This document shows positions 13,323 through 26,599 of a stretch of 64,000 bases of DNA, piece after piece. This DNA is from Magallana gigas. Taxonomy: Eukaryota. Positions within the stretch are counted from its first letter, which is position 1. Every line of letters starts with the position of its first letter. The notes beneath the pieces were generated by a model. That model saw only the letters and a list, made by a program, of their open reading frames with translations. It had not been told where the DNA came from and ran no database searches. The stretch spans positions 52,328,001 through 52,392,000 of the forward strand of contig NC_088856.1 of the NCBI RefSeq assembly GCF_963853765.1, given 5' to 3'. Position numbers and translations under genes: made by a program.

Positions 13323-14453
13323 AGAGATGTGCTTTGGCCGATTGATGGAAAGATGTGATTGAACTGATGGATGGAGAGATGTGATTGGACGGAGTGATGG
13401 AGAGATGTAAATAAACTGATTGATGAAGAGATGTGATTGGACGGATTGATGGAGAAATGCGCTTGGACTGATTGATGGAGAGACGTGATTGGACGGAGTG
13501 ATGGAGAGATGTGATTGGACGGAGTGATGGAGAGATGTGATTGGACTGAGTGATGGAGAGATTTGATTGGACGGATTGATGGAGAGATGTAAATAAACTG
13601 ATTGATGGAGAGACGTGATTGGACAGAGTGATAGAAAGATGTGATTGGACTGATTGATGGAGAGATGTGATTGGATGGAGTGATTGAAAGATGTGGTTGG
13701 ACGGAGTGATGGAGAGATGTGATTGGACGGAGTGATGGAGAGACGTGATTGGACAGAGTGATGGAGAGATGTGATTGGACTGATTGATGGAAAGATGTGA
13801 TTGGACTGATTGATGGAGAGATGTGATTGGACTGATTGATGGAGAGATGTGATTGGACTGATAGATTGAGAAATGTGATTGGACGGAGTGATGGAGAGAT
13901 GTGATTGGACTGATTGATGGAGAGATGTGATTGGACTGATTGATGGAGAGATGTGATTGGACTGATTGATGGAGAGATGTGATTGGACTGATTGATGGAG
14001 AGATGTGATTGGACGGAGTGATGGAGAGATGTGATTGGACTGAGTGATGGAGAGATGTGATTGGACGGAGTGATGGAGAGACGTGATTGGACGGAGTGAT
14101 GGAGAGACGTGATTGGACAGAGTGATGGAGAGATGTGATTGGACGGAGTGATGGAGAGATGTGATTGGACTGAGTGATGGAGAGATGTGATTGGACGGAG
14201 TGATGGAGAGATGTGATTGGACTGAGTGATAGAGAGAGGTGATTTGACGGACGGATGGAGAGATGTGATTGGACGGATTGATGGAGAGATGTAAATAAAC
14301 TGATTGATGGAGAGATGTGATTGGACGGAGTGATGGAGAGATGTGATTGGACTGAGTGATAGAGAGATGTGATTTGACGGACGGATGGAGTGATGCGATT
14401 GGACGGATTGATGGAGAGATGTGATTGGACTAATTGATTGAGAGATGTGATTG
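13323..14453. repeat. 26-bp minisatellite, ~43 copies
   Basis: Unit GATGGAGAGATGTGATTGGACTGATT / ...GACGGAGT; period 26 measured at 13921 and 13947. Confidence 0.95.
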
Positions 14454-15676
14454 GTAAGTTTGAGATATTTATCTAATTTCAGTTCAAATCAAAGCAACAA
14501 ATTCAATCAACGGATATGTTTATTTCTTTAATATAAGTGTACATTATTATGTAATTGACATAGCAACTGTGTCACTCATTCCCTCGTCTACCAATGGGCA
14601 AAGGTTCAGCACTGTGAAATAATTCAAGAAATACATTGTAAATAATGAGGTTTAAAATAAGATCTTATAGACTGAAGTAATGAAAACAAAAAAGTTGCCT
14701 TATTAACTGCACTGTTGCAATCAGAGATGTTTAGAACAGGCAGGCCAACGCGCACGCGTACTTGTACGTAAAGGTCACACGTAAGAGTCGCATTAAGTTT
14801 TACACGTTCACTCGTTCACACCATGACTTTTCTTGTTCAGCAAATTATATCATGTAAATAATATGGCAGAATAAATATTTTTTACGCTCTAAAACATTTC
14901 TAATAAAAACAAAATCATTGTTCTTTATTCATTATTTTAGACATTTAATGATAATAATGGTTCATTGGTTTACGAACACCATTCCATACTAATGGCAACC
15001 ACATTGCTTATAGTTTAATTATATGCTAATTTGCTCTTATCCTTCGATATTACGATGATGTCATTGTAATGGTGAGAGGACGAAATAAATAATGTACGTT
15101 CGAGCTGCTAGCTATCTAACCATTCGAAGACAGTTATAAATGTCTCACATAAATTAACGTTAACTAAGTATAAACTTAAGTAAGTAAGTTCTAACTTAAA
15201 AGCGAATGAATTAATCATGAAATTTGATTATACATTTTTCAGTAACGGGGGGGGGGGGGGGGGGTGTACTCGATATACGGTGACTTATTGCTTCATGTGA
15301 GCTTCCTCGTGAATCACTTATATTCATCTCATTTGAGGGTGGATATTAAATGCAGCAAACAACGACTTTCAGAAAATTAAAAAAAAACATGAAAATTAAT
15401 AAGCATATAGTTTTTTTTACTAAGTAAACTATTACAATATAATGATAAAAAACAATTTACGACCACAATTACGTCCTAATCATCATAACAATTGCCCTTG
15501 AATTCCATTGTTGATGAAGTTATTCCTATTAAAAGATAAAAGTCAACGCGTGAAGACAAATGACAAAACAGACACATGGTACTAGTCTGACAAAAGATAA
15601 CTCTATATCTGTTCTAACGCCAACGCCGCTCAGTAAAAAAAAAAACCAGAAACAGCAACAAAATCAGTTAATATAA

Positions 15677-16300
15677 AACAAGAGGCCCAGAGGCCACATC
15701 GCTCACCTTAGGAGCATTAATATCCATAACTCTGAGCAAATCAGCTTTTTACTCAATTACAAAACATCTTGATAATTTAGCAAAGTAGATCTTGTTTTAA
15801 AAGATTTATTCCCCCCCCCCCCACATATTCTTATGTTTTACATGTAGACCCTTTTGTTGTTTTAGATTTTGATAAGAAGATTTTATTGATTATGATATAT
15901 TTATTGCTATGTTAAAAAAGTTCACCACATGTTGTGGCCTCATCCTATCCCCTTAAAATGGTTTGGAAAACTCGAATTTACACTACCCTAGGATGCTTCC
16001 ACAAAAGTTCCAGCCTTTCTTACCAAATTTGAGAAAAAAAAAATTAAAAATCCCAACAAATTTTACATAAAAAAAATCTCGCCTTGAAAGATGACGTAAC
16101 CCTTAATTTCAAATTTAAAGCCATTTCAAACGAGAACGATTTGCACTAAGTTTGATTAAAATTAGCCAAGTGGTTATGGAGAAGAATTAAGTAAAACATG
16201 TGAAAAGTTTACAGAGGAACGGACAGACAGTCAGACGGACGCCGGACAAAAAATGATGAGAAGGCCTCACCTGGGCTTTCAGATCAGATGAGGCAAAAAA
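15677..16300 (-). mobile_element. Non-autonomous Helentron-like (HINE/CvA-type) element
   Basis: Begins aacaagaggcccagaggccacatcgctcacct (reverse complement of the 63001-63031 terminus). Ends with gacagacagtcagacggacgccggac...cctcacctgggctttcagatcagatgaggcaaaaaa. Confidence 0.75.
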
Positions 16301-16404
16301 TTATGAAAATAAAACACACACACACACACACACACACCACATCAGCTGATGTCACATTGTGTAACTGAGCATCGTCGAAAACCAACGACCATTTTCGTAT
16401 TCGC

Positions 16405-19400
16405 TTACCTAGAACCGCTCAGTCAGCGTACATGCGAGACTGACCGCGACTTTCCGCCGCATTGGTACTTATTTAAATAAAAAAACACGTGACACTCACT
16501 CGTTGTCGTATTCACAGATATAGAAGAGGCTGGTGGTGCACTGGACGTCCGACCACTGGCCGCTCTGACTGGACACCACCTCCACACAGTCCTCGTTATG
16601 GTAGTTGTCCGGGCCACCATTCAGCCAGTGGGGCCGGACTCTGATCAGAGTTCTTGCGTATGAATACACCCATTGTCCCTCCAGGAAAGAGTCCGTTACA
16701 CCGATATAGTAGGAGGCGCTCTGACCTTCGAAGAAAACAGAACACTNNNNNNNNNNNNNNNNNNNNNNNNNNNNNNNNNNNNNNNNNNNNNNNNNNNNNN
16801 NNNNNNNNNNNNNNNNNNNNNNNNNNNNNNNNNNNNNNNNNNNNNNNNNNNNNNNNNNNNNNNNNNNNNNNNNNNNNNNNNNNNNNNNNNNNNNNNNNNN
16901 NNNNNNNNNNNNNNNNNNNNNNNNNNNNNNNNGAGATTTTTTTCTAAATTGCAAAACACCCTGTAAGTAACACAGACTATGAAACACATGAATGTTATTA
17001 AGTGTCATTTTCAGTAACATGTTTAATTTGATAAAAATATATTTTATGTATTGATCAACGTAGAACTTAAAAAAAATGCTGCAATGTTTAAGTTGTTTCT
17101 ACATGAGTGAAGGAAGTGTAATCGTATCTGTCTACCTATCATAACCACCGGACTGGTCAGGAAGTATCATCGTATCTATTAACCTATCATTACCACCAGA
17201 CTGGTCAGGAAGTATCATCGTATCTATTAACCAATCATAACCACCAGACTGGTCAGGAAGTGTCATCGTATCTATCAACCTATCATTACCACCAGACTGG
17301 TCAGGAAGTGTAATCGTATCTATTAACCTATCATAACCACCAGACTGGTCAGGAAGTGTAATCGTATCTATTAACCTATCATAACCACCAGACTGGTCAG
17401 GAAGAGTCATCGTATCTATCAACCTATCATAACCACCACACTGGTCAGGAAGTGTAATCGTATCTATCAACCAATCATAACCACCAGACTGGTCAGGAAG
17501 TATAATCGTATCTATTAACCTATCATAACCACCAGACTGGTCAGGAAGTATAATCGTATCTATTAACCTATCATTACCACCGGACTGGTCAGGAAGTGTC
17601 ATCGTATCTATTAACCTATCATTACCACCGGACTGGTCAGGAAGTGTCATCGTATATATCAACCTATCATTACCACCAGACTGGTCAGGAAGTATAATCG
17701 TATATATCTACCTATCATTACCACCAGACTGGTCAGGAAGTGGAATCGTATCTATCAACCTATCATTACCACCAGACTGGTCAGGAAGTGTCATCGTATC
17801 TATCAACCTATCATTACCACCAGACTGGTCAGGAAGTGTCATCGTATCTATCAACCTATCATTACCACCAGACTGGTCAGGAAGTGTCATCGTATCTATT
17901 AACCTATCATTACCACCGGACTGGTCAGGAAGTGTAATCGTATCTATTAACCTATCATTACCACCAGACTGGTCAGGAAGTGTCATCGTATCTATCAACC
18001 TATCATAACCACCAGACTGGTCAGGAAGTGTCATCGTATCTATCAACCTATCATTACCACCAGACTGGTCAGGAAGTGTCATCGTATCTATCAACCAATC
18101 ATTACCACCGGACTGGTCAGGAAGTGTCATCGTATCTATCAATCTATCATTACCACCAGACTGGTCCGGAAGTGTCATCGTATCTATCAACCTATCATAA
18201 CCACCAGACTGGTCGGGAAGTGTAATCGTATCTATTAACCTATCATAACCACCGGACTGGTCAGGAAGTGTCATCGTATCTATCAACCTATCATTACCAC
18301 CAGACTGGTCCGGAAGTGTCATCGTATCTATCAACCTATCATTACCACCAGACTGGTCCGGAAGTGTCATCGTATCTATCGACCTATCATTACCACCACA
18401 CTGGTCAGGAAGTGTCATCGTATCTATCAACCAATCATAACCACCAGACTGGTCAGGAAGTATAATCGTATCTATTAACCTATCATAACCACCAGACTGG
18501 TCAGGAAGAGTCATCGTATCTATCAACCTATCATAACCACCAGACTGGTCAGGAAGTGTAATCGTATCTATTAACCTATCATAACCACCAGACTGGTCCG
18601 GAAGTGTCATCGTATCTATCAACATATCATTACCACCAGACTGGTCAGGAAGTGTAATCGTATCTATTAACCTATCATTACCACCGGACTGGTCGGGAAG
18701 TGTAATCGTATCTATTAACCTATCATAACCACCAGACTGGTCAGGAAGAGTCATCGTATCTATCAACCTATCATTACCACCAGACTGGTCCGGAAGTGTC
18801 ATCGTATCTATCAACCTATCATAACCACCAGATTGGTCCGGAAGTGTAATCGATCTATCAACCTATCATAACCACAAGACTGGTCAGGAAGTGTAATCGT
18901 ATATATCAACCTATCATTACCACCAGACTGGTCAGGAAGTGTGATCGTATCTATCAACCTATCATTACCACCAGACTGGTCAGGAAGTGTGATCGTATCT
19001 ATCAACCTATCATTACCACCAGACTGGTCAGGAAGTGTCATCGTATCTATCAACCTATCATTACCACCAGACTGGTCAGGAAGTGTCATCGTATCTATCA
19101 ACCTATCATTACCACCGGACTGGTCAGGAAGTGTCATCGTATCTATCAACCTATCATAACCACCAGACTGGTCAGGAAGTGTCATCATATCTATCAACCT
19201 ATCATTACCACCAGACTGGTCAGGAAGTGTCATCGTATATATCAACCTATCATAACCACCAGACTGGTCAGGAAGTGGAATCGTATATATCAACCTATCA
19301 TTACCACCAGACTGGTCAGGAAGTGTCATCGTATATATCAACCTATCATAACCACCAGACTGGTCAGGAAGTGGAATCGTATCTATCAACCTATCATAAC

Positions 19401-22077
19401 CACCAGACTGGTCAGGAAGTGTCATCATATCTATCTACCTATCATTACCACCAGACTGGTCAGGAAGTTCAGTTCATCTTGTGTCACTGGTTCAGCTAGC
19501 TTGCTGTTGAATGCACGACACAATGCCTACAAACAAAGCAACAAATTGTTAAGTAAAGAACAGCATAGCTATACCTGTAAAATATTAGAAGACACTTGGT
19601 GTTATTTATGGGCCAGGTGCCTGTCAAAAACTTATTTTCTTACTTGTTATGCATTTACAGATAAAACCTTCAAGAATCATAGTCACTCTGGTGTTAAAAG
19701 TCCCGTCGCATAGCTATTAAAGCACTGAATGGTTGACAAAACACGATAAACACGATAGATGTCACTGACATCTTCCCGTATTTCTTTAATCAAACTATGG
19801 ATATGATTGATGTAATCTATTTGATGTTATAACAACATACAAAATATAAATAGCAGATATGACAGGAAGTTATCTACAGGTACATATTAAATATTAAATC
19901 GATCGGCCATCATAAAACCTAAATGAACTCACAGATGCGTCGGCAAATGTCTGTTTAGTTTTGCTGAAGAAGTAACACTTGGAGTGGTGTCCAACCCAAC
20001 CATCAGTACAGGAAAACTCTGAAAAGGGGAAGAGGCTGGATGGTCAAGAAATTAACCAACTGATCTACCTTGAATTTTAATATATGATTTGTTTAGCTAT
20101 AAACTACATGTGTTATTTAGTACATAAAACATCCACACATGTTATCTTTTAAAATTTGGGTATTTTCCTATATTTTAATATACAGTTCTTCTTTTAAAGG
20201 AGATCGATACAGTCTAAATATGACCACGACCAACGATCTCTCTTAATAACGGCTTTTTACAAAACAAATACTTGTAGAGAGTTACACACACGTGTATGGG
20301 CAAGGGATGACCCTTAAAATCAGACGTAACATCCAATTGTATTGAAAACTAAAGCGATGAATTAGACATCCAGGTAAATAGACAAAGGATGAAATACACA
20401 TCCAGGTAAATAGACAAAGGATGAAATACACATCCAGGTAAATAGACAAAGGATGAAATAGACATCCAGGTATATAGACAAAGGATGAAATAGACATCCA
20501 GGTAAATAGACAAAGGATGAAATAGACATCCAGGTATATAGACAAAGGATGAAATACACATCCAGGTAAATAGACAAAGGATGAAATACACATCCAGGTA
20601 AATAGACAAAGGATGAAATAGACATCCAGGTATATAGACAAAGGATGAAATACACATCCAGGTAAATAGACAAAGGATGAAATACACATCCAGGTAAATA
20701 GACAAAGGATGAAATAGACATCCAGGTATATAGACAAAGGATGAAATAGACATCCAGGTATATAGACAAAGGATGAAATAGACATCCAGGTATATAGACA
20801 AAGGATGAAATAGACATCCAGGTATATAGACAAAAGGTGAAACAGACATATACATATAGTGAGTCACATCCACTTGAGTAGAAAATTAATGAAAAAGACA
20901 TCTGTGTACTTAGATAGCAGATCATATGATAGACATTTATGTATGTAAACAAGGGATGAAATAGACATCTATTTACCTGTATATAGACAGAAGATTAAAT
21001 AGACATCCATGTATATAGACAAGGGATGAAAGAAAAAAATATATAGTGAGTTACATACACGTGTATAGACAAAGATGCAGTAGACTTCAACATATATATA
21101 TACAATCATTATAGATGAAAATAGATGCGTATTGGGTTACATGTATTTATTTGTACATTTGTATCCAAACGAACCAGACGAAGCAGTTTAAAAGTCAGTA
21201 TGCTAAAAGTAGACATTGGATAAAACATTTCACAATGAATAAAGCTGTACAAACGTTTGATAAGTCAAAACCCTCAATCTTACCCGTTATAAGAATTTTT
21301 GTTTCCAGGGAGAGGGGTTCCGAGGGATATTGAGCTGGCGTGTTGGCGGGGAGAAGGGGGCGGGGTCAGAGACATTTTTTTGGTAATTTAATTGTTAAAA
21401 GTTAAGAAATTTGATTTTTCCAGAGGGGAGGACCCACCGATACCCCCCCCCCATTCCGCGCATGCGTAAATGAGTCGGATTTCAATTCACGATTAGATGA
21501 ATTACTGGGAGGAATGTTGTATTTATCAGAGATTCGGAGCTTTGACGTATCGTGTATACTTTTCCATTTACTAAATGACACTGCAATCAAGTATGTTTGT
21601 AGTTAGTACGTTTTGGAATGAGATTCCCACACACCATTTTACGCAGCCTAAATAGTAATTTAAATGGAAACAATGTGTTGAGCAGATGATATTGATATGG
21701 TTCCGACATTGCCACATCGATAATAAATAGCAATACACCTTCACAATTTTGTGGTGTAAAATGAAACGATAAAATATCAAGATCCCCAACGAAGAAAAAA
21801 AAGTAGCCTAATTTGAACAGATTTAATGTGTTTTATCTTTATTGTACTAGTCTAGAGTAGCATTTCTTAACAGAAAGTTGTACATTTTACATGTACATGT
21901 ATTACGAACAAGGACACCGAAAAGATAACCTCCACCGGAATCAAGTAGCATACGGGCAATGTTAAGGTTTTTATAATAAGTTGTTGAGAGAGATGTACAC
22001 ATTCACTGATACTTACGCTGAAGAAAGGAATGGTCAACCAAAGTTAGGACTAGAACAACTGAAAGCAGGGACCTCAT
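16405..22077 (-). CDS. Secreted C-type lectin, perlucin-like (CTL-3), ~154 aa
   Basis: Exons 22077-22017 (MRSLLSVVLVLTLVDHSFLQ), 20018-19933, 19526-19439 (ALCRAFNSKLAEPVTQDELNFLTSLVVMIG), 16725-16500 (YYIGVTD..EGQW...WLNGGPDNYHNEDCVE...WSDVQC...YICEY) and 16408-16405. Exon sizes 86/88 match the paralogs. Confidence 0.88.
16747..16932. other. Assembly gap (N run) in CTL-3 intron 3
   Basis: Run of 186 N. Confidence 1.
17114..19468 (-). repeat. 48-bp minisatellite (~49 copies) made of the CTL-3 exon 3 end plus its splice donor
   Basis: Unit on the minus strand: ACTTCCTGACCAGTCTGGTGGTAATGATAG|GTTGATAGATACGATGAC. The first copy overlaps exon 19526-19439. Confidence 0.95.
20365..20840. repeat. 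32-bp minisatellite, ~15 copies, with degenerate copies to ~21140
   Basis: Unit GACATCCAGGTA(A/T)ATAGACAAAGGATGAAATA; period 32 measured at 20461 and 20493. Confidence 0.95.
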
Positions 22078-24304
22078 TCCGACGATTCCTTATCGGTTAT
22101 CTACAGACGGTGAACAACCTTCAGTTTGCTCTATAGGACATCAAAAACTATCAACGACCCGCCACTGATTTAAATCGCACTGTCAAATATCTGTGTCCTT
22201 TTCGTGGGAATATTCTTATTTGTCTTCGTATGCCTTATTTCTTAACAAGCCCTTGTCCGAACCTTATATGTCAATATATATTTAAACTTGTAAAAGTTTT
22301 TAAAAAATTATATGTATATAAAAAGATAAATCATACAGCATAAAGTATTATGATGTTGCTAATTTAAACTTCTTAGTCAAAGATTTTTAACAAATTTATT
22401 TTTTTTCTAGTAAGTCTCGAATCTTGCATGTTAACCTGATTTAGCTCAGGTGAGCTATACAACCTACAGTTAAGTAGAACTTTACAATAGACCACCTTTT
22501 TCCTTCAAATCTTACGAACAAGTTTGTTTTGTGTGACTTATAAACATTACAAATTTACACCTATCGAAGAGAGGAACGGAACATCAGTATTTGTTATTAA
22601 TTTTATTTCAAGTATGAGAAACAAGCAAATAAACAAAATTGACAATCTTATTGAGATCAAAAAAATATTTAATACAACAGAGTCGAGAGAGAAGAGTCAA
22701 GATAACCAAAACAAATAGCTCTACTCTTTTACTCTTTAATCTTTCACAACTTTTGAAGCAATGGAATACAGCAAAAAAAAAGCCAGTTAACATTGAATCA
22801 AGTATTGCATTGATTAAAAAATGGTTTTAAAAAATTTGATTTTGATTATAGCATGTTTAATATAGCACTGCATATAATATCTTACCTGTTCAAACGTCAC
22901 AGTCGTAAAAGATGAACAAACTCAATTCTGATCTCAAGCATACTCTTATAAAAGGAGAAGATACATCGTAGTGAAATTGCGCTCAAAAGCGAGTCTGTCA
23001 TTGATTTTTAAAATTCTTTAGCCTTGAACCAGTCACATGTTACCTTTATTACCTTAAGTTTGTACCTGTGACATGGCAAAGCGATGTTGTAAAATGATGA
23101 AAATGTTAATCATTGCATTGATATCATTCAGAGAATAAAACAACAGCCCAAACACTTCTCCTTGTTCAATGTTCTGGATATTTCCATAAAATACATGAAA
23201 AAATGAAGTTCACAGAACTTTGCAATTTCATGCAACATAAATATACATCTGAATATAAAATCTAGAAAAATAAGACATATCTACTACTACCAAAATACAT
23301 GTAACATTTTCTAATTAGAAAAATACAATCTGTTTGATTAACCGGTAAAATTCTGCTGAGTTTATCTCAGAATACAGATAAAAGATAATGCTTATTGTGC
23401 ACAAGTGTTTTGAAAAATTAATTTCAATGAATGTATGTGCTTGAAAAAAATCATTCCAATATTTAAAAATTTCAATTTATTATTTGAAAACTTGCTAAGT
23501 TTGAATGTAGATCTTAACTAAAATGGGGGGGGGGGGGGGGGGGAAATCGATCAAATTTAAACTAATTCTTACTAGGCAGTTTATTCCTATAAACAAATAA
23601 TATGTCATTGACAAATGATTTCTGAAGACTGTTAATTTATATCAAAAGCTTGATGGTTAGTACTCCTTAATACAGCTTTGAGTTGTGTACTTTGTTAAAC
23701 AGGTTCTCCTGCTAAGCTTCAATGGACGACTGAAAACTTAATGAATGATCTTTTTTGAATTCTAAATTAAAATTAAAGTAAGTTAACCACTAACTGATGC
23801 TTCAAATTAAATCAAATTACAAATTATTTTTAAAACAATTAACGGTACACACTGTTTGTTTTTAAATTGAATGGGAAAGTTTTAACAACAAAGAAAGGAA
23901 ATTAATATTGAGAAAAGTAATTACATATAGTATATTTGTATGTTAATTATTAGAACTTGTTTCTAATCCTACATTAATAAATTGGCAATGAAAATTCCAA
24001 ATCTAAACTAGCAAAAAAGTTCATAAAACTGGTGTGGAAATAACTGTTTAGTACTCTTTAATTCATTACTTAACATGAAATATGATTAAGGTCGGACAAC
24101 ACGTTCCTCAATTTAATATAACATTTTCAAGGAATTTGTTAATGGTTTACTACTACTCTGAAAAGCTTTCTTGCAAAAATTAGGATACCTTACCAGGCAT
24201 TTCTGCAAAATACTAGAGAATGTAATTTCTTAAATAATCTTCTTGAAAAAATACTTGAATTCTGATATAAAAATAAATAAATAAAACAGCACAGTGAAAT
24301 TCGC

Positions 24305-24396
24305 TATATTGGGCCGGGCTTTGAACTCACAACCTCTAGAACCTACACTCCTGGCAGTGAGCAGCCACGGCTCTAACCACTCGGCCATCTAGGCAT
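24305..24396 (-). mobile_element. tRNA-derived SINE head / tRNA pseudogene
   Basis: Minus strand gatgcctagaTGGCCGAGTGGttagagcc...gtgaGTTCAAAGCcc has Pol III A- and B-box-like motifs. No clean cloverleaf. Confidence 0.55.
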
Positions 24397-26599
24397 CTAT
24401 TCATATACAAGTAAATTTTAATCATTTTAAAAATCATTATAAGAATAATAATTTTTATTGGAACTCTTTATTACGAGGAGATACAAAAAAGATGCTCGAG
24501 GAACGTGTCGTCTGAACTTAAAGTCATTCTACCTCTTTATTCCAGATATGAAACAAGCAAAATGTTTCAATAACTAATAAACCTGTTGCAGTCACTCTCA
24601 ACTCAAATTAATTAAAGGCAATTGGTTAAACATTGGCATTCATAAATTTCTGCATAATATAAAAACTCCTAATTACACTTTCAAAAAAATAGAATAGCAC
24701 ACAATTGTCACAAAATACAGCATAATGTTGGGAAAATATATAAGGTTGGTTAAAAAAAAATATCTACATGTATATTTCTAAATATTATCATATATATAGA
24801 GTTATATATTTAATAAAAATGTTGATGTTTATATTACTGCATTGAAATGTCAAGAAAAACAAAATGGGCAACTAAATAATGATTATGCTGAAAAACAGGT
24901 GAACAACATACTCATTGCATTGAAAATAAAATCATTTGCATTAGGGAAAAAATGTTATAATATTTGCATTGACAGTAACACATAAAAACAAAAAATAAAC
25001 ATGCATGTTTCTACTTTTTTCAATGTTTTTTAATAATTTTCTAAAGAAATTCTCCTTGAAATTTTTAACGTGTATATCTTGTTCAAAAAGAAAATGTGGA
25101 ATTTGTTTAAAAAATTTCAGGTTGATTTTTTTTTCCAGCATAAATTAAAAAATAAAATATACAGAAAATGCATTTGTCATGTATGATTTTTATACTTATC
25201 TTTATTTTTAACAATCAGAGATGATTCTTTATTACATATATTCATCCTCTTTTTTCATTTATCACAAAAAAATATGATAACTTTAAATATTTCAACTTCT
25301 TTCTGATAAAAATGATATAATATTCTTAGTATTTTTTTTATAAATATTAAATATTTATCTATTAGAATCTACACAATTTGCATTGTAATGAACACAGCGG
25401 AATGTAAACTTTGATGTGTGTTTTCTGCTTTCCCTGATAAAAACTTTATTGTTCAATTGACTCCATGAAATATGCATCAGGTTTCATAAACATGTGCATA
25501 TAATGTTTTTGGAATGGCAACCTTTTGCTTTTAAACCAAAAACATACCAATAAGGCCAATATAAAATTGTGTTTATTTGGAACTGCAACCCACCTCAATG
25601 AAATACCCCTTGCTGATAAAATTTTATCAGCCAGAAATAAAGAACCTTTTTTTTTAAATACGGAAATTTTTATTTTTTACCTAATTCTAATAAGTTAAAC
25701 TTCAAGTTTGAAAAAAAAAAATCCCCTCCCTCCCTCCTCGGTCAAGAAAATGAAATAAATCCAAGTGGCAATTCCAAACAAACATTTTTTTAAAGAATGG
25801 CGGAAGTGTCAGTAAGTGGTGAGCCATGAAATGTAGTATCTACATTGACTGTTGGTTTATATGTGAATGATACAAATTTAGAATGATAAATAAAGGAATG
25901 CTTCCCACTTAGTAAGAGCAACAACCCTTTCCCACCCCCTCCCCCCTCCCCCTTACCCCCCCCCCCCCCCTTCCCTTATGATTGGTTTATAATATTTTTT
26001 AAATTAGTAAAAGTATACAGTTAATAAATAAAGTGTCCTCTTCAGAGCTTTAAATAATATCACAGACATTGGTTTATTACATGTTCTACATGTAAAAATT
26101 CTCCATTATGACCTCAAGACCAAAAGTTTGAAATATCAAAACACGGGCCAGGCCTTGTTTCTTCCTTTTAAAACTTCCATGTACGTTAGATTTAGGTGGG
26201 TTGTACATTCAACAAGTACTTTTATATGAATACACACAATTTACAAAAAATATGTTCCTCAAATTAATTACTTGCATTCAATAACACAACTTTTTAAGAA
26301 AAAATAGAAAATAGTTAAATCTCTATATTTTTACCGAAAAATATAGAAACTATCTCTCATGTTCCCAAATTATGGCAAAGTACAAATAAATCTATAACAA
26401 CTGTCACCATGAGTAAGTTATGCTTGATCAGAGAGATGAAGGATTCAGTCATGTATATTTCAAGAATGAAAATCTAAGTCATCCATGACCTATACTCAGA
26501 CATAATCTTTGATCCATGACCTTACATTGTTCACACATGACCTGTAATCCAAATGAATCGATCAACCATGACAATTGACCTTCAACCTGTCATGACCAA

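Noticed and set aside
17132-19499. Long ORFs of LPDQSGGNDRLIDTMT or SSYLSTYHYHQTGQEV repeats (up to 368 aa)
   Set aside because: They are by-products of a 48-bp unit lacking stops in some frames. They are not in the lectin frame and have no unique start or end context.
13323-20840. CRISPR-like appearance of the regular repeats
   Set aside because: The units are head-to-tail with no unique spacers, the context is eukaryotic, and there are no cas genes.
20282-20952. Hydrophobic repeat ORFs in all three minus frames
   Set aside because: Artefact of a 32-bp minisatellite inside CTL-3 intron 1.
22860-23110. Donor-like sites (cag|gtaaga, cag|gtacaa) as CTL-3 exon 1
   Set aside because: Wrong phase or in-frame stops; 22077-22017 gives a clean phase-1 signal peptide exon.
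24305-24396. Functional tRNA gene
   Set aside because: It has A/B boxes but no convincing acceptor stem or anticodon arm, so it is treated as a SINE head or pseudogene.
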